Source: Amoebidium appalachense (Eukaryota > Protista > Ichthyosporea). Taken from it: a DNA stretch of 64,000 nt. A program made the position numbers and the translations under genes. The DNA lies in contig CAVNZM010000006.1 in the NCBI GenBank assembly GCA_963693365.1, forward strand, positions 5,187,264-5,251,263, read 5' to 3'. The notes under the pieces are model-generated. The model made no database searches. It was not told the origin of the DNA and saw only the letters and a program-made list of their open reading frames with translations. This document shows, one piece after another, positions 1-37,828 of this stretch (positions are counted from its first letter, which is position 1; every line of letters begins with the position of its first letter).

Positions 1-250
<250 letters not shown>

Positions 251-396
251 GGCAACTGCCCCAATGCATGGCTACCGTGTCTCTATCTATGCTTTCTTCA
301 TCTCTCAACTAAATCTTACCCTCACTTTCTAACAATTTTGATGTTTGCATGCAGATTTCCCCACACCCCCTACTGATGCTTTGCAACCCCCTTCAG

Positions 397-20435
<20,039 letters not shown>

Positions 20436-21486
20436 GTGAAGGAGGGGGGAGGGGAAGGGAGGGAGGGAGAGGGGGGGAGGGGGGGGGGGGGGGGGGGGGG
20501 AGGGGGGGGGGATAGTAAAGGTGTATGGATTAAGGGGAGGGTGGGGAGATTTTTGTTTTTTGTTTTTTTGGGTCTTTGTTTGAGTGATCTGGTGGGAGTG
20601 ACGGTCTGGTAAGACTTAAAGACGAAAATAGGTTGATGTGGAATAGAAAATGGCAAGGTATAAGAGGATTTCTTCCAAAAAAAATAGAAGAAAGCACCGA
20701 TGTATGAGGGGCAGCAATCCAGGTTCATGATCTCTTTTCTCCTCTCGTATAAAATAAGTTGTTGTGGAGACAAGCGACATGTGTGTTGTCAGGGAGTGAG
20801 TTCAACACACAACCAGATATACCATTTCAAGTAATTCTCGAATGATTTTCCACGTATCAAAGGTCATGTAAACGTGTGACCAATGCCTAGTGCTTCGTTT
20901 TACCTTATATGATGTGTTGTGGCCGACACGATTCAGTGTCATTAGGGTCTATTCTGTTTTCGGGTGCCATATGTTTAATTTGATGATGTGAATGTCCCCA
21001 GTCGGTATGAACCGCTGGCAAAAATATATGGAGAGTGTTGATACTCGAGTGTCTATCTACTGTTGTCCAGTGTCCACACGTTGCTATAAACTTGACACCA
21101 CATATGAGCCTGATCATGAGAAGCACGTGAACCCGTACGTGCCAACTTAAACAATATTTGCACGGACACACTGACTGGTCGACCACAGGCACCCACATGC
21201 GCACACACGCATGGTGCTCACACACTCACACACTCGCACACACACACCCACACACGACCCAGTCGGCGGGTAGGTCTGACTAATTAGTTAGCAACAGTCG
21301 ATAAAATGCGTGTCGTGGTGGCATGGTCACCCCCCCGGGGGGGACACCACTTATCTATGGACTAACAGGGGGTGCAGAGGTCAGAAATGAGCAGGATCAT
21401 GCTTTGAATAATTGGTGGAAGGAGATGGTCCAGGACTCGGTTTGGGCTAGTCTGCACGTGCACGGTGGAGGGAAATGTGTGTGTGT

Positions 21487-21527
<41 letters not shown>

Positions 21528-22230
21528 GATGGGTTTAAGGGGAAAGTTGCGGCTGGTGCGACCCACCGGGGGGGGGAGGGTGGGGAGCTTCTTTCAAGGG
21601 TAAATTTACTGATCTATGTGCCTCATACACGAGATGGACAATAAAGAGGGTCCTCATACTGTGTGCCCTCGACTAAACCTATACTTAGAGTTAACGCAGT
21701 GATCAACCACAATTATTGGCCAATCAAAAACTTTAAAAGCACATAGATAATTTTTTTTCACACTAGATGCAATTAATACATACACCGAAGTACCATGGAC
21801 ATACACTGTCAGATGTACATGTACACGAATAGAAACAACCGACTACGGTATGTAGGGGCTCCCTATGCAATTATACCGTAACTAATACAGCTATGTTTAA
21901 ATTTAATTAAAATCACTTTAGTTTAAAATAAACAATTTTAAAGCATGTACCAAGAAAGATGAAGAGAGGTGCAAATATACAGTGTCACTGCTAACCAGCT
22001 TAATGTCTCTGGGGACACAAAATCGCAATGCAAGGAGAATCTATAGTAGCTACAAATGTCACATGAAAATCCAGCAATTTTGTGGGTGATGCCTGTGCAA
22101 ATCGATGACACGTGCACCCACACATACACAATACAACTTGGCACCAAACCAAACTATTCCTTCTACCCCACCTCCCCGTCCCCCTTCCCCCCCCTCCCCC
22201 CCGGGCCCCCCCCTCCGGCCCCCCCCCCCC

Positions 22231-22277
<47 letters not shown>

Positions 22278-22446
22278 AAAAAAAAAAAAAACCGCGGGGC
22301 CACCCATCAACCCATCCATTACCACCACCACCATCACCACCACAAAAAAGGTAAAATGCGAAGGCAAAGGGGGAAAGCACGGTTGCGTACGTCCTGACAA
22401 TAACCACCATTCTTTCTTCTAATCATATAAAAACCAATAATTAAAA

Positions 22447-23477
22447 TCAAGCCGAATAAGTCGGTGTCTGTGTGGGTGGGCCCAAAAGGATGACTGAAGC
22501 CATACCCGCATTGACCACTCCACAGAGATTGGTTGGCAGACACATTGCCATAGCAACGGCCCCTCCCATTGGCTGCCCGGCCGCCATAAATCCTGCCTTA
22601 ACCACCCACGGCACCCACAACAGTGCATGCAAGAAAATCACTGCTTGCATGACCATGGCCATGTGCCGTAGCCGCCGCACCAACTGCATGTTTTGATTGG
22701 TTGGATCTGCTCTGCCCTCCTCTGCTCCTCGTCTTTGATTGGGCGATTGTGCGGAGTGTTGGCATGCAGGCCACGGACAAATACCACAACAACACATTTC
22801 CCGCCCCTTTTTGGCGACGTCCAAGAACCGTGTAAGGAAGCCGCTTCTGGGGTTAACGTCATCCGTTATCCCGGATTGTTGATTGGATGATCCGAGCTCC
22901 GATCTGCCGATCGTAATCGCCCGATTAGGCCCCATGCCAAGCACCTCCCGTTGAGCCGCCATTTCCACCATGGTGGACGTTGAGCCAATCATATCGGTTA
23001 CTTGCCGAATCGCCGGCACTGGATTGGTTGTCGGGTGAGTCGTGGGAACTCTCTCCATACCCTGTGTGGAGCAAAACGTTAACTGTTACATACATTTATG
23101 ATTGGTGCCATGATTTATTTATTATCCCCCCACCCTTCCACCCCCCCCTTCCACCCCCCTTTCGCCCCCCCCATCTTCAGGGGCTATTACCCTTCTAACC
23201 CTTCGTATATCGGACACTAACATCCCATCCATATCAACTCTTTTTATCCCCACGTCTTTGTGGTTAAACAACTTGCCCGCTAAGCTGTGCGCTGTTTCCT
23301 CTGTTCTAATCCCACACTCTCCCCACTTTTCTAACCAACTCTAAATGGCCCCAACAGATTCAAGTTACTTGACGAGTCTAAAAGTGCGTCTCTTGATGTG
23401 GCTGTGTGTATCATAGTGTGCGTGTGTGTGTGGGTGGGGGGGGGGGGGAGGGGGGGGGGGGGGGGGGGGGCGGGGGG

Positions 23478-23519
<42 letters not shown>

Positions 23520-23610
23520 TGTTCGTGCATGTGCGTGTGCGTGTGTGATCGAGTGTGTAAGTAAAGTACGTTGAGGAGGGATCGGCCTTTGGGGGAGGGG
23601 CTGGGCGGGG

Positions 23611-23658
<48 letters not shown>

Positions 23659-24578
23659 GGACAAGGTATGGAAAGGTATGTCAAGAGGACACCTATTTTG
23701 CCAAAACTTGGAGATGAATAGAAAGTAAAACATTAATTAACGAACACACCTCAGATGGCACAACACCAACACCTGCACGTGTGTGTTCCCTGGTGGTGTG
23801 GTTGGTAGCTCTTCTCCCGGGCTGGTGTTTTCCATTGGTGGAGAGAGCACCGCTGCCGGCTGCTGGAACCTTCTACTAGCTGCCAGATTGCCACTCACTG
23901 ATTGCTCTCTCATTTGGACCCTCACAGGCCCACTGATTGGGCCGAGGGTTGAAGCCATGTGTATGACCCCGTGGTTGACGCTTCGGAAATTCGCCGAATT
24001 GCTAAAGACCCGACTGATGTGTCCATAGCAGAAAACACACGCGAAAATGGCGGCAGACGGCGGGAGAATGTGGAACGCTGTAGCGTAGATTGTGGACTTG
24101 TCCAAAAAAAGGCATAAGATGATGGCGCAGGAAAATCCGTACCGACCCCCACCTGCCATAAATGGAAGTGTTGCCAAAAATAGTAACACAATGCCCGCGA
24201 TAGAAAACCACAAGCAGGAGCACCGGCGACAGGGGGGACGTTTGTGCTTTGCCACCAACCGAAACAACGCCACAGAGATGAAAATCGACGTGAAAGACAC
24301 CCACATTACCTACCACGCCCATAAAAATCCCACCGCCTTGCAGTAAATATCGGAGTTGAGCACCCCCAAAACCAACTTCCCAGATAACTCCGGTGCATAC
24401 ATGACCAAAGACATTGCGTTGAAAATGGTATCAACAACGGCGATGAAAATGGGAAGAATTTGGAGGGAAGCGCCGATGGTGGGATTTTGGATGTTCATGG
24501 AATTGTAAACTCGCCAGAGGAGCCAAATAGACCCTGCAACACTTGATAGGCAGAAGAGCACAGCTAGCCCCTGTGCAA

Positions 24579-24661
<83 letters not shown>

Positions 24662-24678
24662 CGTGCGTGCGCGCGCGC

Positions 24679-24709
<31 letters not shown>

Positions 24710-25545
24710 TTAGAACATTGTGTGCTTTTGTGTACTACTGGGGTCCCGGAATGAGGGGGGGGGTGGGGGGGGGAGGGGGGGGAAGAGGAGGGGGGGGGGG
24801 GGGGAGCGGGGGAAGGGTGGGGGGGGGAAAGGGGGGGGGGGGGGGGGGTGAAGAAGAAAGGAGCCGAATATGATAAATGCCATGAACGAGAAAAGGTTTC
24901 AAAATTGAAAACGGTTCCTGTTATAATCTATACATGTGTGGATGTGTGTTTGTGTGTGTGCATATCATGTGTACATGTGTACGTGTGGCATGGAATGTGC
25001 ATGTGTGAAGCCATGTGTCATTTAAATTTGTACGACGGTATTTCTGGTATTTCAACATCACCTGAGATGGCTCATGATAGTTCGCATCCACAAGTACGTA
25101 TGGTGCACTAATAGTGGAGTTATTACACATGTAAGTGTGTGCTACAGTTACTTATTTCTATTGTAGTTCCTTACATCAGCTGATTAATAGTAAAGCAATA
25201 TAGACACCGTTATTCCATAAGCATGGCATATCATGAATCAACAGTATGATAGTTTTAGAATTTGCTGTTCTTATAAATCAAACCCTTCAAACAGAATCCC
25301 CATGATCGATATGCCCCCCCCCCTCCCCCCCCCCCCCCCCCCCCCCCCCCCCGCCTCCCTCCTTTCCCACCTGAGCATGTCTCTCTCTCTTGTTCCTGTC
25401 CCCCTCTCTCAGATACTATTCCTTCCTGCTTTTCACTCCTTCCCTCCCCTCCTAGGCCTAGAGTCTCCGGTCCCTCTCTCTCTCCTCCCGGAGTCCCTAA
25501 CTCCCCTTCCTCTTCCGCTTAATCCCGCCGAAGTTCCTCCCCCCT

Positions 25546-25579
<34 letters not shown>

Positions 25580-25588
25580 TCTCCCTCT

Positions 25589-25665
<77 letters not shown>

Positions 25666-25879
25666 AGGCTGTAGGTCTCTCTCTCTCCCTCTCTCTCTCT
25701 CCCTCTCTCTCTCTATCTTTCTATCTCTCTATCTCTCTCCGAGGCTCTCTCTCTCTCTCTCTCTCTCCCCCCCCTCCCCCTCTCCCTCTCGGCTCTCTCC
25801 CCCCCTCCCCCCCCCCCCCCCCCTTTCTCTTTATCGGAAGCCCTCTCCCCCATACCCCTTATCTCCTGAGTGGATCTAA

Positions 25880-25915
<36 letters not shown>

Positions 25916-26046
25916 TGTGCGCGCATGCTTGTGCGTTTGTGTGTGTGGGTGGGTGGGTGTGTGGGTGTGTGGGTGCGCGCGTGTGTGTTTGTTTGTGTGT
26001 GTGTGTGTGTGTGTGTGCCACGGTGTGTGTGTGTGTGTGCGTGTGC

Positions 26047-26122
<76 letters not shown>

Positions 26123-26226
26123 CATGTGTGTGTGCGTGAATACGGTTGTTTGTCCTGTACCCATCCGTGAGTGAGCCTGGCAGAAGTCTGGAAAGAGACC
26201 TAACAAGATGGTTACTGTAACCACAC

Positions 26227-26271
<45 letters not shown>

Positions 26272-26396
26272 AAAAAAAAAAAAAAAAAAAAAAAAGCTCC
26301 ACCTACCCTCAAAGCCACAGTCGTGGTTGCAGGTGGCCAGTCGATGGAGCGACATACCGTGTCTTCTGCTGCGATGTTCGATTGAGACGCGCCCAT
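22447..26396 (-). pseudogene. 7TM GPCR-like receptor, subfamily A copy A1 (in-frame TAG; probable 1-nt deletion)
   Basis: Exons 26396-26307 (MGASQSNIAAEDTVC...ALR|GT), 24570-~23750/23773, 23061-22447 (TGA). Paralog of 28418-31425. In-frame TAG at 24310-24312 where the paralog has TCC (Ser). The exon-2 3' end is 1 nt short of the paralog unless an upstream CAG|GT donor is used. Confidence 0.75.
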
Positions 26397-27149
26397 GTCA
26401 CTCTAATACTTGCATGCACCACTAGGAAGCCAACTTGAGTCCGTGCAAGAGAAGAGGGAAAAAATGGGTCTACATTCGAATTCGCCCGAGACTTACGTGT
26501 TCAGTTTTACAGATGGTGGCTTAAGCGTATTATGTGTACATTGTCAGCTCTTTGGTGCTTCTGCAGCAATTTTCCTTTGACTGGTCTTCTCGTGTACTGT
26601 AGCTTTCGTCAGTAAAGGGGAAAACGTCGGGCTGCGGCCTTTATAATTGTCACTTCACCGTACGTTTTCGTTCCCTGTGTGATGTGCGTGATGCGCGAGA
26701 AATTTCTTTCTTCGCCATAAAAACGACCAGAACGGCATGGTATCACAAGGCTGATACACAATGCACGTGTGCTTGTTCATTATTGAGAAGGTCGGTAAGA
26801 GTGATGACGATACATGTATGACACTCCTGCGCTGCATATGTACAGATTTTGGGGCAACAAAAAAATTAATGTTCCAAAACCTCCGAAGAGTGTCCCTTAT
26901 TTTTAATGTTAGGCACACTGTTTTTGTAACAGTTGGCCCTAGCAGAGTCAAGTTGAAACCTGTAATAAAGGAATGCGTCCCGGCATACACCTTGTCACCA
27001 CTGATCCAGCTGGAGAAAGCCATCACATCGTTATTTTAGGGCTCCAACTACATTCATTCATGGGGCACTAATATCACGCACTGCTTTCTATACGCTATAA
27101 AAACTAATAGCTCATTGAAGCAGGAAAAAAATCTATGGCTCATGAAGCC

Positions 27150-27185
<36 letters not shown>

Positions 27186-28417
27186 AAGAAAGAAAAAAAA
27201 GATAGAACTTTGTATATACAACCTGAAAGGATCAGGCACAATTCTGTGTGCTGGCACAGGCTCACACCTGGTGCAGAAGTCAGATTGGATAGATTCAATA
27301 GTAAATTGAAAAACCATAGAAATGATCTGTATCCAATCAGAATAATAATAGGTTTGTTCTGATTGGGTTTAGTGTTGTATAACTATAAACGGTATTACAA
27401 AGTAGACCCTAATTTGTCGCAGTTTCACGTGTTCCGAAAATCTGCGGCGCCATTCTGGCATCTGATCTCCACCTGCCCCAAGGGGCAAACTGCCACAAAA
27501 CGGCAAACGGCGAGAGTATTGAAACAAACTATTGTCTCTGTGTTGTCTGAAGCTGAGGATTTCTTGAGAAAACAGAAGGATTTGGTTCTACAACACATTT
27601 ATGATACCACTTACGAACGTTTATCTAACTCACATTGAACCACAACAATGTGGGAGAGTGTCAGAAATCATGATATTCGACAACTGAGATTGAGGAAAGT
27701 AGGTCATGGACAAGCACACGCGCGCCACAAGGCTGCCGTGGGGAAAAGGAACCATGTCGTGTTTTGTGGGCAAAGAATTCTCTGGTGCATCACGCACATC
27801 GGTATCACCCGGGAGGCGCAGGGAAGAGGCAGGGGCACGGTCACCGTGACCCTGTGAAAGGCTCCTTGACACAAAAGAATAAATGGGGGGCCACACGAAG
27901 CTATGTTCACCTTTTTTTTCGAAGGGAACGTGTGAAATGACCATGCAAAAACTTACAGTGAATACCAACGGCACACGTTTTGTGAATGGCCGTCATCATA
28001 CGGCGAGACACGGAGGATAGTGAAAAGCATTGTCCAACAAAACAGTTAAGATCTCTCTGACATGATAAAATTATTGAACAGTTATTCAGATAGTTCAGTT
28101 CAGATCACTGAGTTTGACTATTCATTTGTGAAAACTTTCACTGAAAAAATCTTTTGTGCTTAGAAGTTCCCGTAAAATTTCTATACTGCCGCCTTTTTAG
28201 CTATTTGGCTGATACCAGCCTAAAGACTCTAAGTACCTGGGTTGAAACTGTGAACTCACCAAAACACCCACCACGAACATCGCGCTTGGAAAAAAAAAAT
28301 CGCAATAATAAAGCACAATTGGTCAGGCAAATTAGTTATCTGTGTTTTTGGGAGCATTTTAGAAGTCACTCTCTACACGCTTTCGGGCGAACAAATACTA
28401 CTGAAAACAAGCTGAAA

Positions 28418-31425
<3,008 letters not shown>

Positions 31426-34400
31426 TTATTATGAATATATGCATGGTTAGATCGCCGATAAACGGCAATTAGCATTAGGATATTTGAGTTTTATTTTCCT
31501 CCTCCGTTACGAAGTTATCATTTTCCTTTTCACAGTTCCATTCCAGGCCTCTTCTTTTTCTCTGGTCTCCCCCCCCCCCCCCCCCCCGCCCCTCCCCCCC
31601 ACCTCCCCACAAACACCCCTCCCTCCTCATCCATGCATCTCGAGTTTGTTTTTGGCAATGTTTGTTTGGTGTAGGGTTGTCTTTGATATGTGCATGTTGA
31701 CGTGTGGACGTGTGCGGTTAAAAATTCGCTCAGTCAGAAAAAGAACAATGGCCCTCATTATGGCGGTACAAATCCATTTCGATATCTACAATATCAGGAA
31801 ATCAGCGTAATGCAATTGTTTTTCGTCTAATTTAAGCTTGGTATGCATTTGGGATCAATTTGAAATAACAATATAACAACTCTGCTAGGTATTGTGAGCC
31901 TCAAATAAAATAACACTGTATATGTATCATGAATTTCCCTCGCTTGGCGATTAGTGAAATCGTGGTGGTTGCCGTTGAGCCTCATAATATTATACCACTA
32001 TTAGCCGTTCTCAAACGTATTATGTTTACTGCAGTGAATCACTTAAAGTGATGAACCAAAATTAATTGTGTTTTGTATATTTAGATGGACACGTGAACAA
32101 AGTATCGACGCATGTATGGCCCGGATGTTTAAAAAAAAAAAAAAAAGAACTTCGCTCTTAAATGGTCCCCTCCGAATCAACACCCCGGCCCCTCCCCCCC
32201 CCCTCCCCCCCCCCCCCCCCTCCCCTTCCCCTTCCCTCCCCCCCCCCTCCCCCCTCTCCCCCTCCCCTCCCCTCCCCCCCCCCCCCCCCCCCCCCCCCCC
32301 TGCGTGCGCGGGCCCCGCCAACTGTCCTTCCCTTTCTACTTCCCCTTCCCCTTCCTCCCCCCTTCGAACACACACACGAACACACTTGAGCCCCCCCTCC
32401 CCATCTCCCCCTCCCCCACCCACATCCTACCCTCCCTTCCCAACCCTCCCCATAAAGGGTATCAATAATATGGGTGGGTGCTGGTTATAGTGCAGCGGTG
32501 TAGGGGATGGGTTGCATATTGGGGTTGTGGTGATGCATGATATGATGATGGCAGTCAGAGGGCAAATGGGCATAGAGGTGGGGGCAGGGTTTGGGGTCAT
32601 GGTGAGGGTTGGGGTGGGTGTATATGTGTTTGTGGGCGGCGGGGGGCAGGGGGGGGGGGGGGGGGAGGGGGACGGGGGGAGGGAGGGTTGGTTTGAGGCG
32701 GAGGGGGGGGGAACGGGGGTGACGGTGGGGGTGGGGGCGAGGGTGGGGTGGGGGTGGGGGTCACGTTGGGGGTGGGGGTGGCCGGGGTGTGTGTGGGGGG
32801 AGGGGGGATTGGGGGGAGGGGAAAGGAGGGGAGGGTGGGGGTGGGGGTGGGGGTGGGTCACGTGTGTGTGTGTGGAGGGGGGGGCAAGAGGGGTGGGGTG
32901 GGGTGGGAGTGGGGGGAAGGGTCGGGTTGTGGTGTGTGTGTGTGGGACGGAGGGGGGGGGGGGGGGGGGGGGAGGGGGGGAGGGGAAGAGGATGAGGGTG
33001 GGGGTGGGGATGGGGGTGGGGGCAGGGGTCGGGGTTGGAGGTGAGAGTGTGTGTGTGTAGGGGAGGGGGGGGGGGGGAGGAGTTGGGGGGGGGGGGGGGG
33101 GGGGGAGGGGGGGGGGGAGGGCGGGGCGGGGAGGGTCCGGGTGCCATGTGTGGGGGATTGGAGGGTGGGGGTGGGGTCCGGAAAAGGGGTGGGTGGTGAT
33201 GGTGGGGATGGGAGGGGAGGGGGGAGGGAGTGGGGTTGGGGTAGGGGTGGGGATGGGGTTGTGTGTGTGGGGGGGAGGAGCTGGGAGGGGTGGGTGGGGG
33301 AGAGGGGGGGGGGGGGGGGGGGAGGGAGAGAGGGGGGGGGGGGGGGGGGGGGGTAATTCTTGGTCTAACCACAACGATCAAATACATCCAAAACATCTCT
33401 TTAGCTGCAACATTTTCATACTTAACCCTCTCCAACCGTCAGTCACCAATGGCACAACCCCCTCCTCCCCCATCTCCCCTCCCCCCCCCCCCCCCCCCCC
33501 CCCCCCCTTTTCCCCTGCAAGTCCGCTTTCGCTGGTGTAAACCGTTTTAAAAAATGGACAAGATCTAAACATTTAAACCGTAAACTATAAAATTTAATAC
33601 GTCTTTAAGTTCATAGAATAGCACTCACATCTTCTAGGCTATCACGGAAACCCCAGATTACTTGATTGTCCAAACAGTTACATTTTCCTGCCCGGGGCCC
33701 TGTTATATCGGAAGGAAGGGGGGCGGGCTGGCGGGGGGAGAGGGGGAGGGGAGGGGGGGGGGGGGGAGGGGGGGGGGTAACTTTTGATTTGGTAGACCGG
33801 TACCAATCATTCGGTCTGAAAAGGATAAGGGAGTAACAGGGAGAGGATGCTACACAGCCAGGAAAAGGAAATGTGGCTCGAGAGACTTACTTTGCTAGAC
33901 GTAGGCAACGCTTAAGATTTCCTTTTTCATGATTGCAGCGCTAGGAAATTTGGAAATTTAAGGCCCTAGTAGGCTGGGCCCGCCTGTGTACAAATCAGAA
34001 AGTTTTCTAAACCCTCCCCCCTCCCCCCCCTCCCCCCTCCCCCCCCTCCCCCCTCCCCCCTCCCCCCTCCCCCTCCCCACCCTTCCCTCTCTCCCCCTCT
34101 CCCCCCCCATCGCCCACCCCCTCCTCCTTTCCCCCCTCACCTGCCCGGGCTTGGGACCCCCAAGATTGTTCAATGGCCTCGGGGCAGAAGGGTGGGGGGA
34201 CGGTCAATTTTGGGCATGGAAGGAAAGAGTTGGGGGGGGGGGGGGGGGAGGGGGAGGGGGGGGGGGGGAGGGGGGGGGGTAACCGGTTAAGGTGGGGCTG
34301 GAGGAGGGTCGAGCTGGTTGGGTCCCTGAGAGGAAAACAGCAATAGCATTACTAAGGGTGTTGGGGGGGGGGGGGGGGGGGCCCGGACCCGCCCCCTCCC

Positions 34401-35895
34401 CCCTCCCTCTCTCCCCCCCTTTTTTTTGTGTGGTCCCCCCCCCCTCCCCCCCCACCACACAAAAAAAAAGAGAGAGGGGGGGGGGAAGGGGGGTCATTAT
34501 GGGGGTATGGGTCACACAGGTGGAGGGCGCTAGAGAAAGGCAAAACCATAGTTATCTAGGGGTTTTTTTGTTAGGATGGGATGGATGTGACGAAAAGGGG
34601 GCAACCACAGCGATGCATGTAGTAAAAACAACGGCACTCACTGCGTCAATCTATCCTCGAACATTTAATCAGCTCCTCCTCCCGCCCCCCTCCCCCCTTC
34701 TCCTCCCCCCCCCCCCCCCCCCCCCCCCCATCCACCGACCCCCACTCCTTCCCCCCACTCCTTCCCCCCCAATCCCCCCCCATAGCTAACCCAACCACTC
34801 TCCATACCACCACTGCTATCACTGCCACTATTTTGTTGCCCCATAAAGTATCATCTAAATTTTTCTTTACAAACCTCTCCTTACCCACCCCCCCCCACCC
34901 CCCTTTCCCCCCGGTCTCCTCCCCCCCCGGAGGCCATTTGCCTTGTATATGGAACCTGAAACCTTGCCCCTCCCAGCCTGCCTGCCGATCGATTGGGCAC
35001 CGCGGGCCAGCCCGTGACTTTGGCAATCCCTAGACAAGTTATGAATAAACAGTATCATTATGCAAAAATTGTGGAATTTCACGTAAAAGCTTCATAGCGG
35101 ACCATCCGTTTTCATGACCGTCATTGCACTGTGTGTGAGCATCGGCCAAGCCAAACTCAGTGCTGTGTCCTATAACCAATAAAGTAAGTGTATGAAACAC
35201 CACCACCTCAAACTTCCCCATTTATGTACAGAACACAAAATTTAAAGAGCACACTTGAATTCTACCGTATACATACACCACAACAGCAACACCAAATGCA
35301 GCACCTAAACTGTCAGATCATGCAATATATTAACATTCAACGATATTCTAAGCACGTTCACATTCAAGAAGTTCATATGATTTTGCGACCCTTATAACCT
35401 ACGGTATCCATATAATTATTGGTAATTGATCGGTACGGTATTTAGTCTAAGAGAGTTAATAACCTTTGACTAGCCTAGTAGCACCTACCATGTTTCGTAA
35501 TGATGAAAAAACTGTTGATAAAAATGGTTCTAGTAATTATAGCACATTCAAAACTAATGTTACAGTATATAATCAATAAGCTATCAGTTCATGTATTGAA
35601 CACATTCACAGAGTATACAGTTACTAGTATGGGCATACATTTGCACCACACAGGGTCACAAGACCAGATAAATCAATACAAGACTGCAGCCAAACCACCC
35701 GCATTTCCAAGGAAGCACACTATGCGATTGCCTTCGTTTTTGGTCCCCCCCCTCCCCCCCCCCCCCCCCCCCAAAAAAAAAAAAAAAAAAAAAGAAAGAA
35801 AAAAAAAAAGAAAAGAAACGATAGCCTACGCGCACGGCCATTATCCCACCCATCCACACGATCATCCGATTCGGTCCCACCCCATCCAATACCCC

Positions 35896-35934
<39 letters not shown>

Positions 35935-36415
35935 CCTCCGAGCGGCTGACTCTACTGTGGAGTGCACAGATACAAAGAAGCCTAAGGCGGGCGGATGGAT
36001 GGATGGAGGGAGGGGGGGGGGGGGGGAGGTGGAGGGGGGGGACAGTTCTCTTATAACTTCCTCGGCTACCAACCAAATCTGCGCTACACACGCAACACAC
36101 ACATGCACACACTTAGGCACACGCACAAAAACGCGCACGCACGCACACACACACGCACGCACACACACACACACACGCACACACTCACGCACGCACGGCC
36201 ATGCCCACACACGCACACACAAAAGCACGCATGCACACATGCACATGGCATGCACGTACGCACACACACACACCCGCACACACGCACACCCACGGATGCG
36301 TGTACTCACAGATGCACATGCACACACACCAGTCACACACAACCGCTGAATACAAGGCCCTAAGATTAAGGGGGAAATCGGAAAGAGTCATAGTCATCCC
36401 CATTCCCCTAACCCA

Positions 36416-37790
36416 TCACGCTGGCAGGCTAGCGAGCAGAACCACCGACGAAAAGTAGCCAGTGACAACCCCCGAAAGATTGGTTGGCAGACACATCGCC
36501 ATAGCAACCGGCCCTCCCAATGGCTGCCCGGCCGCCATAAATCCCGCCTTAACCACCCACGGCACCCACAACAGCGCATGGGCTAAGATCATACCCTGTA
36601 GGGCAAAAACCATCTTGCGAAGGCGATCGACAATCTGTGGGTTATGATTGGTTGATTCGTGCAATTGGATCGATTGATTGGGCGATTCAATCATGGAAGT
36701 GGGCTGATTGGCCGGTGCACTTTGGCTTGGTGCGAACTGATTGGGTGCTTCGATTTCTGGGGCCAGTTGTGAATTCTCCCCCTGTGGGGTGGAGGGTAAG
36801 GCCAGCAGTGGGTTTGAGATTTGCCGATAGCTGATTGGTTCTGGGCCGATTGCTGCAACTTGATTGGTTCCTTCCAGAAAAGCTCCTCGGGCGGTTGTTG
36901 TTGTTGTGGGTGTGAGTGGGATTTCAGACTGGCCGGAGGCACGACTTGATGCTGCTGGTGCCTGCTGCGAGCAAGGGCGGAGGGGAAGGGGGGAAGGGGG
37001 AGGGGAAGAGGGAGAGGGGATTCCGAAGGGGACCGGTGTGAGGGAGACGGGGGGGGGGGGGGGGGGGGGGAGAAGGGGGGGGGGTAGGGGGGAAATCCCA
37101 GAGGGGGCCGGAGAGAGAGGGGCTGGGTGCGGGGGGGATGGGGGGGGGGGGGATGGGGGAGGGGGAGGAGGGGGGGGGGGAGAAGGGAGGGGGGTGGGGG
37201 GGGGGGGGGAGGGAAAAGGGAGGGGGGGGGGGGGGGGGGGAATTCCAAAGGGGACCGGAGAGAGAGGGGTTGGGTGCGGGGAGGAAGGGGGGGTGGGCGG
37301 GGATGGGGGGGAGGGGGGAGGAGGGGGGGGGGGGGGGATCCAAAGGGGACCGGCAAACGGGGGGGGGGGGGGGGGGAGGATTCCGAAGGGGACCGTAAGT
37401 TGAGAGGGGGATAGGGGGCAAGGGGGGGGGGGGGGGTTTGGGGGGTTGGGAAGAAGACGCCGGGGGAAAAGCCTTAGGGAAAAGAAGGTAGGAGCCAGGT
37501 AAAGGAGCAAGCCTCCGGTAGGGGGTGGGTTAGGGGGGCAGAGGGATTCCTGAAATCGGGAAAGGAATGGGAGTGAGAATGGGGGGGGGGGGGGGGGGGC
37601 ATGTAAGCGGGGTTTTGTAAAGGGCTGCTTTGGGGGGGAGGGGGGGGTGGGGGGGGGATGGGGTGGGAAGGGGGGAGGGGGAAGGAGGACGGGAGTGGGA
37701 ATCATGCTTTTGATTGTTTGCAACTAGAAATTGAGGTGGCCCCACGGTACCCCATGGCCAGCCACGTGCCTAATCCCACTTTCATGTTAC

Positions 37791-37828
<38 letters not shown>

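Noticed and set aside
21328-21380. CCCCCCGGGGGGACACCACTT.. as a MITE terminus
   Set aside because: No matching inverted copy or TSD was found nearby.
26450-28330. Gene or transposase between the divergent receptors A1 and A2
   Set aside because: Only short broken ORFs with no recognisable motif; possibly a decayed element, but unsupported.
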